Shown here piece after piece: positions 10,085-18,233 of a stretch of 64,000 nt of DNA. Positions within the stretch are counted from its first letter, which is position 1; each line of letters starts with the position of its first letter. Location: positions 9,411-73,410 of the forward strand of contig PBLC01000008.1 of the NCBI GenBank assembly GCA_002721675.1, in the 5' to 3' direction. The notes under the pieces were generated by a model that had not been told where the DNA came from, made no database searches, and worked only from the letters and a program-made list of their open reading frames with translations. The translations under genes were made by a program, and so were the position numbers. This DNA comes from Chloroflexota bacterium (GTDB taxonomy: Bacteria; Chloroflexota; Dehalococcoidia; Lucifugimonadales; Lucifugimonadaceae).

Positions 10085-10787
10085 TATCGCCTAACCATAT
10101 AAATTTTTTTTCAACACATAATTTTTCTAAATATTCTTTCTCTCTTATGCCATCCATACATTGCCAAAAACCATGATGCTTATATGCAAATAATTTTTTT
10201 TCCTTAGAAATGTCACTTAATGGTCCATATTCTAAGTCACAATTCTCACTAGAATTAATATATTTAAATATTTCTTTAGAAAATATAAAGAAGCCTCCAT
10301 TTATATAACCTCTTTGCATTTGTGATTTTTCTTGAAATTCTCTGACAAGATTTCCTGATATTTCCAAAGCCCCAAATCTTGATGGAGGTCGTACTGCTGT
10401 TACGGTAGCAATTCCTGCATTTTCACGATGAAATTTTATTAAATCAGTCAAATTAATATCTGAAACTCCATCACCATATGTAAGATGAAATTCATTAGTG
10501 TTCACATATTTTTCTACTCTTTTTAATCTTCCCCCTTTAAGGGTTTCTAGGCCGGTATCTATAAATTCAATATCCCAATCCTGAGGGTTATCTTTAAACC
10601 ATTTTTCTATTATCTCGCCCTTATAACCTAAAGGTAATATGAATCTATTAAAATTGTATTGAGAATAAATCTTCATGATATGCCACAATATTGGCTTTCC
10701 ACCTATTTCTATCATTGGCTTGGGTTTTTCAGTGGTTTCTTGACCCATTCTAGTCCCCTTGCCACCGCAAAAAATTATAACGTCCAT
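10077..10787 (-). CDS. rfbF: Glucose-1-phosphate cytidylyltransferase
   Basis: IIFCGGKGTRMGQETTEKPKPMIEIGGKPILWHIMKIY is the characteristic RfbF N-terminus. Confidence 0.85.
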   Translation of the reverse strand: MDVIIFCGGKGTRMGQETTEKPKPMIEIGGKPILWHIMKIYSQYNFNRFILPLGYKGEIIEKWFKDNPQDWDIEFIDTGLETLKGGRLKRVEKYVNTNEFHLTYGDGVSDINLTDLIKFHRENAGIATVTAVRPPSRFGALEISGNLVREFQEKSQMQRGYINGGFFIFSKEIFKYINSSENCDLEYGPLSDISKEKKLFAYKHHGFWQCMDGIREKEYLEKLCVEKKFIWLGDNV

Positions 10788-10789
10788 GG

Positions 10790-11770
10790 TCAGATAATCT
10801 CGCTTTCGATTTTTTTCATTTGTGGTTCAATATTAATTATTTTTGAGTTAGGTCCAATTATACAGTTAACAATATTAACATTCTTAAGAACTGAGCCTTC
10901 CATTACCACTGAATTATTTATTGAAGAATTTTCAATAATCGAATTTGATCCAATTGAAGAAAAATCATTAATTTTAGATTGTTTTATATTTACGTTTGCT
11001 CCAATGAATACTGTTTTATCTAATCCTGACCCGGAAAAGTTGGATCGATTTGATGAAGTATTGGTGTATATTTCTCTGTTGGCTTTCAAAAAATCATTTA
11101 AATTTCCTGTATCAATCCACCATCCATCAATAATTTTAGAATAAACTTTCTTTCCTTCTAAAATTAAACTTTGTATTGCGTCGGTTATTTCGTACTCTCC
11201 CCTTTGAGATAAATTTATTTTTTCAATGCTCTTGAAAATTTCATTAGTAAAGCAATAAATTCCGGTTACAGCATATTTTGATGGAGGATTTTTTGGCTTT
11301 TCAACAATTTTCATAACTAAATTGCCCCCATTAATTATCGCTACCCCAAATCTTGATGCATCTTTAACTTGTTTTAGCGCAATAGTTGTTGCATTATTTT
11401 TTTTGAATTCTTGATAAACTTGACTCAGGCCAAATTCAAATAGGTTGTCTCCTAAGTAAAGTAAAAAATTATCTTTTCCAATAAATGATTGGGCAGACTG
11501 AACTGCATGCGCTACTCCAAGTTGTTCCTTTTGAATAATTAAATGAAATTTAAAATTATTCTTAAATTCATTACGCATAAAATTTAAAATTTCATCATGA
11601 TTTTCTTGAGAAACTACTATTCCAACTTCCTTTATGTTTATTTTTTCTAATTCGTTCAAAATATAAAGTATGGTTGGCTTGCCTCTTAGTGGAAGTAGTG
11701 GTTTACATATTTTGTCAGTAACTGGCTTTAGTCTAGTACCTTTACCCGCAGCAAGTATCAAAGCTTTCAT
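10790..11770 (-). CDS. Sugar-1-phosphate nucleotidyltransferase with C-terminal left-handed beta-helix (long G1P thymidylyl/uridylyltransferase type)
   Basis: MKALILAAGKGTRLKPVTDKICKPLLPL, plus a hexapeptide-repeat-like C-terminus (IGANVNI..IGSNSII..). Confidence 0.7.
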   Translation of the reverse strand: MKALILAAGKGTRLKPVTDKICKPLLPLRGKPTILYILNELEKINIKEVGIVVSQENHDEILNFMRNEFKNNFKFHLIIQKEQLGVAHAVQSAQSFIGKDNFLLYLGDNLFEFGLSQVYQEFKKNNATTIALKQVKDASRFGVAIINGGNLVMKIVEKPKNPPSKYAVTGIYCFTNEIFKSIEKINLSQRGEYEITDAIQSLILEGKKVYSKIIDGWWIDTGNLNDFLKANREIYTNTSSNRSNFSGSGLDKTVFIGANVNIKQSKINDFSSIGSNSIIENSSINNSVVMEGSVLKNVNIVNCIIGPNSKIINIEPQMKKIESEII

Positions 11771-11840
11771 AATATTAAGAATAGGTCTAATTTATATTTC
11801 ATTGTAATATATCCCTAGATATATAAAGAAATATAACTTC

Positions 11841-13601
11841 ATGCGTCAAAAAGAATATATATTAGTCAATTTAAGAAAATATAAAGGGCAAACTTTTTTT
11901 TCATCATTCTTAATGATCACTTCAGGATTATTAGATGCTGCAGGACTTGCATTAGTTGTTCCAACTATAAATATCCTTCTAGGATTTGAAACAAATAAAG
12001 ACGAAAATATAGTTACATCAACATTCAAAAATGTCTTTGAATCTATAGGTATAAATTACTCCTTAAGGTATGTATTGGGTTTTACTGCAATAATAATGCT
12101 TGCCAGGAGTATGTTTATCTTTTTTCAAGGAGCTTATGTTGGAAGGTTAAGATATAGATATATTGCAAATATTCAAAAGAGATTCTTTAATAAATTACAA
12201 AAAAGTGATTGGGAGAGTTTTAAATCCATATCTCAGGCAAATTTAATTAATGTAATTACGCTGCAATCTTCAAGGTCTGGAGGTGCATTTACAAACTATT
12301 TGCAATTTGTATCTAATCTAGGAATAGTATTTTTTTATTTAATTACTTCCTTTGTAATTTCGTGGAAAATAACTCTATTTGCTTTGAGTTGCGGAATACT
12401 GGTTTCATTTATTTTTTCTTTCTTGACATCCATATCTAGAAAATTAGGATTTAAGCAAAATGAGATAGGTTTGGACCTTTTAAAAAATTTAAATAATTCA
12501 TTCATGTTATCAAAATATATAAGAATTCATGGAAAAGTTAAGGAAACAAGTGAGAATGTTGAAGAAGGTATAGAGAATTCTAGTGAGAATCATTATAAGA
12601 TGTCAGTTATTGATTCTATTTTCCTTTCTACTTATGAATATGCATTTATTGGATTTTTACTTCTTGGGCTTCTAGTTTCTACAAGATATTTTGACATTGA
12701 TCAAAATGCTCTAGCTTTATTGACACTTATATTTTTTAGACTATTCCAAAAAACAAAGTTAACCCAACAATCTCTGCAATTTATGAATAAAAATCTTCCT
12801 GCTCTAGAAGCAGTCAACAAAGAGTTTTCAAATATAAAGGAATCTAAAATCAAATGGGGAACTAATGAGTATGATGGAATCAAATCCGGAATAGAATTAA
12901 AAAACATATCTTTTAAAAGAGGTAAAGAATTTATTATTAAGGACTCTTCTATAAAAATTGAGTCAAACAAAACCACTTTGCTAGTAGGACCTTCTGGGTC
13001 GGGTAAAACCACTTTAGTAGATATTATTTCTGGCTTAATAGAAATTGATGATGGCCAAATCCTATATGACGGGGAAAACTTATTCAGCTACAAAGAAGAT
13101 GAGTTTAAATCAAAAATATCTTATGTAGATCAAAATCCACCTTTATTTAATACGACTATATTAAATAATTTTCTAATATCTAATCCAAGTATAAATATGA
13201 AAGAAATTGCTGCCATTTGTGAGAAATTAAAGATTGATGAAAAAATTAAATCTTTGCCCCAAAAATATAATACCGAGGTAGGTGATTTAGGAAATAAATT
13301 GTCTGGAGGAGAAAAGCAAAGAATCTGCTTAGCTAGAGCATTAATTAACTATCCTGACTTATTAATTTTAGATGAGGCGTTTAGTCAACTTGACTCAAAA
13401 TCTAAAGAGCCTTTAATAGAAACAATTAAAGAACTGAAAGAGAGTACAACAATATTGATTGTAAGCCATAATATTGACGCTCTAAGACTTGCAGATAAGG
13501 TAATTGAATTGAAAGACGCTAAATTAAAAATCAAACCAAAGAATACAGATTTCGTAAAATATTTTGGTGCCGAGGGCGAGAGTCGAACTCGCACGCCCTA
13601 A
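11841..13601 (+). CDS. Fused TMD-NBD ABC exporter (MsbA/PglK-like half transporter)
   Basis: About 6 N-terminal TM segments, Walker A GPSGSGKTT, signature LSGGEKQRICLARA, Walker B LLILDEAFSQLD. The last 37 nt run antisense into tRNA-Leu(UAA). Confidence 0.8.
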   Translation: MRQKEYILVNLRKYKGQTFFSSFLMITSGLLDAAGLALVVPTINILLGFETNKDENIVTSTFKNVFESIGINYSLRYVLGFTAIIMLARSMFIFFQGAYVGRLRYRYIANIQKRFFNKLQKSDWESFKSISQANLINVITLQSSRSGGAFTNYLQFVSNLGIVFFYLITSFVISWKITLFALSCGILVSFIFSFLTSISRKLGFKQNEIGLDLLKNLNNSFMLSKYIRIHGKVKETSENVEEGIENSSENHYKMSVIDSIFLSTYEYAFIGFLLLGLLVSTRYFDIDQNALALLTLIFFRLFQKTKLTQQSLQFMNKNLPALEAVNKEFSNIKESKIKWGTNEYDGIKSGIELKNISFKRGKEFIIKDSSIKIESNKTTLLVGPSGSGKTTLVDIISGLIEIDDGQILYDGENLFSYKEDEFKSKISYVDQNPPLFNTTILNNFLISNPSINMKEIAAICEKLKIDEKIKSLPQKYNTEVGDLGNKLSGGEKQRICLARALINYPDLLILDEAFSQLDSKSKEPLIETIKELKESTTILIVSHNIDALRLADKVIELKDAKLKIKPKNTDFVKYFGAEGESRTRTP

Positions 13602-13648
13602 GGCAAAGGATTTTAAGTCCTTCGTGTCTACCATTCCACCACCTCGGC
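13565..13648 (-). tRNA. tRNA-Leu (anticodon UAA)
   Basis: The reverse complement folds as GCCGAGG acceptor, anticodon arm AAGGA-CUUAAAA-UCCUU, a long variable arm, T-arm GCGAG-UUCGACU-CUCGC, discriminator A and encoded CCA. Confidence 0.9.
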
Positions 13649-13654
13649 TAGATG

Positions 13655-13731
13655 TGGAGGCGACGGGCGGATTCGAACCGCCGAATAGAGGTTTTGCAGA
13701 CCTCGGCCTTAGACCACTTGGCTACGTCGCC
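13655..13731 (-). tRNA. tRNA-Cys (anticodon GCA)
   Basis: The reverse complement is GGCGACG...GAGGU-CUGCAAA-ACCUC...GGCGG-UUCGAAU-CCGCC-CGUCGCC-U-CCA. The U73 discriminator is typical of Cys. Confidence 0.9.
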
Positions 13732-13781
13732 ATAAAAGATAATTAGTTTAATTTATTGAAAAGAAAACGTAAAATAAATTT

Positions 13782-14831
13782 ATGATATCTGTTGATAAAT
13801 CAGGCAAGGATACAGAGGTATATAAAAACTATTTAAGAATACTTCCATTTTTTAAAGATCTAGTCTATGAAAATAAGGCTTCAATAAGCGAATATTGGGC
13901 CGAGGAAGTATCTGGGTTTGAGTATATTTTTGATTCTTCACATTTAATCATTAATAAACTAAGGCACCATTGTTATCATTTAACCGGTGAATTTCCCTAT
14001 CCTTATAGAAGTCATCACAAGTTTAGGTCAAAGCAATTTTTTGAGAAACTTAAATTACTGGAATCAACATCATTAGTAGTAGATAAAAATTTAGATTTAT
14101 TAGTTTCTGAGCCAGAAATATTAGGTGGATTTGGATTCAAAATAGAAAATAAATATGTAAATAAAGATACATTAAAATTTTATGAGTGCATGATAGCCTT
14201 GCAAAAATCTAATTTAATTGATGCTAACAATAATAATAAAGAGTCTGTAATTTGCGAGATCGGCGGAGGTTGGGGTGGATTCGCACACTGTTTTTGTACT
14301 ATTTTTCCAAATACTAAATATGTAATTGTAGACTTACCTAATACGTTAATTTTTTCTTACTTATTCCTTTCAGAATTATTTCCTGCCAAAAAGGTAAAAT
14401 TATTTAATTATGAGGCTGAATCAACTGAAGAATGCGATTTCTTATTAATACCTAATACAGAGTTTGATAAGTATGAAGGAAGTATAGATGGGGCTATTAA
14501 CATATGTTCATTTCAAGAAATGACATCTACCCAGGTATCAGATTATGTAAATAAACTTCACGATATGGGGTCTAAGTTTATATATTCATTAAACAGAAAT
14601 TTGAATAAAAATAATCTTTCATTAAAAAATACAATTAATGATCATATTTCTGAAAAATTTATTGTAGAAAAAATAGACATTCTCAATATTCCATATACAG
14701 AATTAAATGTAAATCAAATGAAAACTTCAAAAATTAATTTTATAAAAAATATTCTCAAATTAATTACAGGAAAGAAGAAGAATAAATTTACTTCAGAAAA
14801 CGATTATCAACATTTAGTGGGAAAATTATAG
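13782..14831 (+). CDS. Class I SAM-dependent methyltransferase (putative sugar O-methyltransferase)
   Basis: Motif I VICEIGGGWGGFAHCF followed by VIVDLPNT, 349 aa, wedged between two tRNA pairs on the opposite strand. Confidence 0.5.
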   Translation: MISVDKSGKDTEVYKNYLRILPFFKDLVYENKASISEYWAEEVSGFEYIFDSSHLIINKLRHHCYHLTGEFPYPYRSHHKFRSKQFFEKLKLLESTSLVVDKNLDLLVSEPEILGGFGFKIENKYVNKDTLKFYECMIALQKSNLIDANNNNKESVICEIGGGWGGFAHCFCTIFPNTKYVIVDLPNTLIFSYLFLSELFPAKKVKLFNYEAESTEECDFLLIPNTEFDKYEGSIDGAINICSFQEMTSTQVSDYVNKLHDMGSKFIYSLNRNLNKNNLSLKNTINDHISEKFIVEKIDILNIPYTELNVNQMKTSKINFIKNILKLITGKKKNKFTSENDYQHLVGKL

Positions 14832-14835
14832 TGGT

Positions 14836-14922
14836 TGGTGCCGAGGGCGAGGCTCGAACTCGCACGCCTTTGAAGGCACAGCGCCCTCAACGCTGCTTGT
14901 CTACCAATTCCAACACCTCGGC
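14836..14922 (-). tRNA. tRNA-Leu (anticodon GAG)
   Basis: The reverse complement is GCCGAGG...CAGCG-UUGAGGG-CGCUG, with a long variable arm and ...CCUCGGC-A-CCA. Confidence 0.9.
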
Positions 14923-14931
14923 GAATTTAGG

Positions 14932-15007
14932 TGGCAGGAGCGGGAGGATTCGAACCCCCGACCTAAGGTTTTGGAGACCTTCGCTCTACCAACTGAGCTA
15001 CGCTCCT
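14932..15007 (-). tRNA. tRNA-Trp (anticodon CCA)
   Basis: The reverse complement is AGGAGCG-UAGCUCAGUUGGUAGAGC...AAGGU-CUCCAAA-ACCUU...GGGGG-UUCGAAU-CCUCC-CGCUCCU-G-CCA. Confidence 0.9.
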
Positions 15008-15028
15008 AAATAATTCGGTGTTAACAAA

Positions 15029-15057
15029 ACTTTAAATAGAAAAGAACATTCTATCAA
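15029..15057 (-). promoter_or_regulatory. Candidate sigma70-type promoter for the tRNA-Trp/tRNA-Leu(GAG) pair
   Basis: Minus strand reads TTGATA-17 nt-TAAAGT, about 20 nt upstream of the tRNA-Trp 5' end. This is a pattern match in AT-rich DNA only. Confidence 0.25.
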
Positions 15058-15075
15058 CTTGATCAAAAAATAATC

Positions 15076-15108
15076 AATAAAAAAAGGAGTGGCTGCAAAC
15101 CACTCCTT
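15076..15108 (-). terminator. Rho-independent terminator after glnK
   Basis: Minus-strand RNA AAGGAGUGG-UUUGCAG-CCACUCCUU followed by UUUUUAUUGA, about 25 nt downstream of the glnK stop. Confidence 0.7.
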
Positions 15109-15133
15109 CTAAAATTGTATTAAATTTTTAAAA

Positions 15134-15484
15134 TTATAAAGCCTTTTTTCCTTTTTCATTGGTTCTTATTCTTATAGCATCATCAACTTTTGATATAAAA
15201 ATTTTACCATCCCCTATAGACTCCTTTTCAGATTTAGCGCCACTAATCAGAATATCAATAACTTTATTTTTTAGATCGTCAGAAACCACTGTAGTGATTA
15301 AAGTCTTAGGTATAGCTGACCTCGTAATTGTTGATGTCCCTCTACCTGTCAATACTTCAACGCCTTTCTGGTTTCCTTTACCAGTTACATTAAGCATGAA
15401 ATAGCCGCCAACCCCTGCTTCCTCAAGCGCCAACCCAATTGAACTAGCCATTTCCGGTCTAATAATTGCCTCTATTTTAATCAT
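15134..15484 (-). CDS. glnK: P-II nitrogen regulatory protein (amt-linked, divergent T-loop)
   Basis: MIKIEAIIRP..., GDGKIFISKVDDAIRIRTNEKG, 116 aa, directly downstream of amt. Confidence 0.85.
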   Translation of the reverse strand: MIKIEAIIRPEMASSIGLALEEAGVGGYFMLNVTGKGNQKGVEVLTGRGTSTITRSAIPKTLITTVVSDDLKNKVIDILISGAKSEKESIGDGKIFISKVDDAIRIRTNEKGKKAL

Positions 15485-15534
15485 ATATTCCTTCTGTTTT
15501 GTTTATTTTTTCTTTAATTATAGTATTTATATGT

Positions 15535-15560
15535 CTGGGGAGCGAAAACTCGCCCCCCAG
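15535..15560 (-). other. GC-rich intercistronic stem-loop between amt and glnK
   Basis: Minus-strand RNA CUGGGGGGCG-AGUUUU-CGCUCCCCAG forms a 10-bp stem including one G.U. No U-tract follows it. Confidence 0.5.
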
Positions 15561-15632
15561 AACACTAAGAATGAAAAGAGTCAAACAAGATGGATATTAT
15601 TATCAAACTTATTTCATTTCTTAATTAATTTC

Positions 15633-16871
15633 TTAGTCAGCACCATCGGCTATATATCCGCGTTCACCATGGATATTTACGTCTAGCCCAGCCAATTCAG
15701 TTTCTTCCGGTTCTTGTAAGCCCAAGCCAGGTATTACATCTAATACTTTAAGTATAATAAATGTCACAACTGCTGAGTATGCAAATGTAGCCAATATTGT
15801 AACTAATTGCTCTAAAACAATTGCTCCATTTCCTTCAATTAAACCTTTTACGCCACCTATTGCTTCAGCAGCGAATACTCCAGTCATTAATGCTCCCCAT
15901 GCTCCACCTACTCCATGAACACCAAATACAACTAAGGCATCATCAATTCCTGATTTTTCCATCCCCATTGCAGCTAAGTAGCAGACAATACTTACAGTCA
16001 AGCCAATCATTAGCGCTCCTCCAACATCTACCCATCCACAAGCGGGTGTAATAGCTACTAGACCAGCTACTGCACCTGTTGCAGCACCTACTGCACTCAT
16101 TTTTCCAGTATGAAGTCCACTAATTACAAGCCAGGTTAACGCTGCCATTGCAGCAGCAGTATTAGTAGTTAAAAATGCGTTTGCAGCTACTCCATCTGCA
16201 GCCAATTCACTACCTGCGTTAAATCCAAACCATCCAAACCACAGCAAAGATGCTCCTAAAATAACATAAGGTACATTATGAGCAACAATAGTTCCTGCTG
16301 CTCCACCTCTTCTTTTTCCTACCATCCATGCTGCAACTAATGCAGCAGCTCCTGCGTTAAGATGTACTACTGTTCCACCAGCAAAATCTAGGGCTCCTTG
16401 GTCCCCAAATACTCCTTGGCTTATCCAGCCTCCACCCCACACCCAATGACATACTGGAGCGTAAACTAAAGTTACCCACAAAGTTATAAAGATCAAATAA
16501 GTAGAAAATTTAAATCTTTCTACAAATGCACCCGTAATTAGAGCGGGAGTAATTATTGCAAACATCCCCTGAAAAATCACAAACATTATATCTGCAGCAG
16601 GATCAGTTGAGGTCATATTTATACCATTTAGTAAAAAGTGACTAAAATCTCCAATAAAAGCGTTGCCTTCTCCGAATGCAAGACTATAACCCCATAATAC
16701 CCATATAACAGGCATAAGGGCCATTGCAGCAAAAGAGTACATCATAGTGCTAACAACATTTTTAGCTCTTACAAGACCTCCATAAAAAAAAGCAAGGCCC
16801 GGCGTCATAAGTAACACCAAAGCGGAAGCGACCATCATCCAGGCCATACCTCCAGAATCAAATTCAGGCAT
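15633..16871 (-). CDS. amt: Ammonium transporter
   Basis: 412 aa with about 11 TM segments. Signature stretches LMTPGLAFFYGGLVRAKN, DFAGGTVVHLNAGAAALV, FGVHGVGGAWGALMTG. Confidence 0.92.
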   Translation of the reverse strand: MPEFDSGGMAWMMVASALVLLMTPGLAFFYGGLVRAKNVVSTMMYSFAAMALMPVIWVLWGYSLAFGEGNAFIGDFSHFLLNGINMTSTDPAADIMFVIFQGMFAIITPALITGAFVERFKFSTYLIFITLWVTLVYAPVCHWVWGGGWISQGVFGDQGALDFAGGTVVHLNAGAAALVAAWMVGKRRGGAAGTIVAHNVPYVILGASLLWFGWFGFNAGSELAADGVAANAFLTTNTAAAMAALTWLVISGLHTGKMSAVGAATGAVAGLVAITPACGWVDVGGALMIGLTVSIVCYLAAMGMEKSGIDDALVVFGVHGVGGAWGALMTGVFAAEAIGGVKGLIEGNGAIVLEQLVTILATFAYSAVVTFIILKVLDVIPGLGLQEPEETELAGLDVNIHGERGYIADGAD

Positions 16872-16967
16872 AATAATATCCTTTCTATTAATTTATCTTA
16901 AGTGCTTAATTTATTGTTTTTGGAGGGAGAAAATGTTTCTTGAAATTAAATAAATGTTACTATTATG

Positions 16968-18233
16968 TTACAGAAACCTTATTTTTTGACGTAATTTGGA
17001 AATATTCATAACTTTTTTGACGAAATAAGCAAAGATAAGTAATAACAAGCTACTAACTTCGAACCTCATAGCTCCACCACTACAACTTCCTTTTGATTCC
17101 TTGTTTATATTTGAAGAACCAGATAAATCATCTTTATTGTCAAAAATTGATATCCCAAGTTCTTCTTTCCATTGAGCTTCCAAGTCTTTCAAAGAAAACC
17201 CAAAGGAAGAAATAAAGCTATCATCTATAGATTTTTTATCAGAAATCTCATCCATTAACTTAATCATAGAGCCTTCAGGAAAATTATTTATTAAAAATTC
17301 AACAAAAGACTTTGATTGTCCATAGGCAACTAAAGTTAAATTTGGATTCCCAGGAAATCTGTTTAAAGAACTAAATGGAAATAATCTACCTGTATCAATA
17401 GCCCATTCTAAATACCTTTCATAACCCTGATCCTGCTCTATATTTCCATATTCAGCTAGACCTTCATTCAGCCATAGCGGGACTCCTAAATAAGAAGATT
17501 TAGAAGCTCTTGCTACAATCACATGAGTAATTTCGTGGGTCGATACTCCTAACGCAGATCTTGATCCTCCATCAACTAACACTACATTTTCAGTCGCAAA
17601 TGCTTGACCTTCAGTGATTAATGAACTTGCTTGAGTTTCGCTCTTCTTTACCACTACATCAAACATCTCAGAATAATTGTTGTACATCATTACTGATATC
17701 TTTTCGTTTTCTTCTACACCTAGTAGTCTTGAAATTTTATTTACAGACTCTTCGCATGCTTCTAACATCTTTTTTGCTCTTCTAGAAACTGGACCATGAT
17801 AGTAAATCGTGACTATATCCCCTTCAACTTTTTCCCATTTAAATCTTGAATCTAAAAATGTCTGTTCCTTTTTTTCTGTTTTATAAGAAGAGCCGTCTTT
17901 AAAAAAAACTTCAAAGAAATAAGTCAATTTACTGCCTGGAGGTATATATCTAGATGATTGCTCAGTTGAAAAAAAATATTTAAGAGATTCGCCATTTGAA
18001 TAATTGTCTAAATCCAAATATTCATACTGAAAAGACTTCCTACCTTGGACCTTAAACTTAACCTGAATATCTTCAATATTTTCTCTGTTTAAAACATCAA
18101 TATTAAATTCAATTCCCATAGGTATAAGAGATTTTGCTGAATCATTGTTAACTATAGTTTGATCCGCACTTAAATAGTTTATATTAACGAAAAACACTAT
18201 CAAAAAAATAAATAAATAATTTGATTTCCTCAT
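16968..18233 (-). CDS. Secreted HExxH metallopeptidase-like protein (peptidase MA-type) with C-terminal CSGG + TM + basic tail
   Basis: Signal peptide MRKSNYLFIFLIVFFVNINYLSA, HEITHV...WLNEGLAEYG, and C-terminus GSCSGGAMRFEVSSLLLLIFAYFVKKVMNISKLRQKIRFL. Confidence 0.6.
   Translation of the reverse strand: MRKSNYLFIFLIVFFVNINYLSADQTIVNNDSAKSLIPMGIEFNIDVLNRENIEDIQVKFKVQGRKSFQYEYLDLDNYSNGESLKYFFSTEQSSRYIPPGSKLTYFFEVFFKDGSSYKTEKKEQTFLDSRFKWEKVEGDIVTIYYHGPVSRRAKKMLEACEESVNKISRLLGVEENEKISVMMYNNYSEMFDVVVKKSETQASSLITEGQAFATENVVLVDGGSRSALGVSTHEITHVIVARASKSSYLGVPLWLNEGLAEYGNIEQDQGYERYLEWAIDTGRLFPFSSLNRFPGNPNLTLVAYGQSKSFVEFLINNFPEGSMIKLMDEISDKKSIDDSFISSFGFSLKDLEAQWKEELGISIFDNKDDLSGSSNINKESKGSCSGGAMRFEVSSLLLLIFAYFVKKVMNISKLRQKIRFL

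Noticed and set aside
13564-13746. 60-aa ORFs at 13564-13746 and 14831-15013 in the track
   Set aside because: They are the antisense read-through of tRNA-Leu/Cys and tRNA-Leu/Trp. The shared peptide (V/G)AEGE(S/A)RTRTP simply mirrors the conserved tRNA-Leu 3' half.
13565-15007. tRNA-flanked methyltransferase as an integrated mobile element
   Set aside because: There is no integrase, recombinase or excisionase. Both tRNA-Leu genes are complete, with different anticodons, rather than one intact gene plus a partial att duplicate. The observation is kept only as a possible recombination scar (see findings).
16955-16972. TnrA/GlnR-type (TGTNA-N7-TNACA) or actinobacterial GlnR box upstream of amt
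   Set aside because: TGTTA-N8-TTACA has the wrong spacing by one nucleotide. GTAAC and GAAAC elements are 16 nt apart rather than 6. There is no GTA-N8-TAC NtcA site. The site also overlaps the stop codon of the upstream gene. This is not enough to call a known nitrogen-regulator site.
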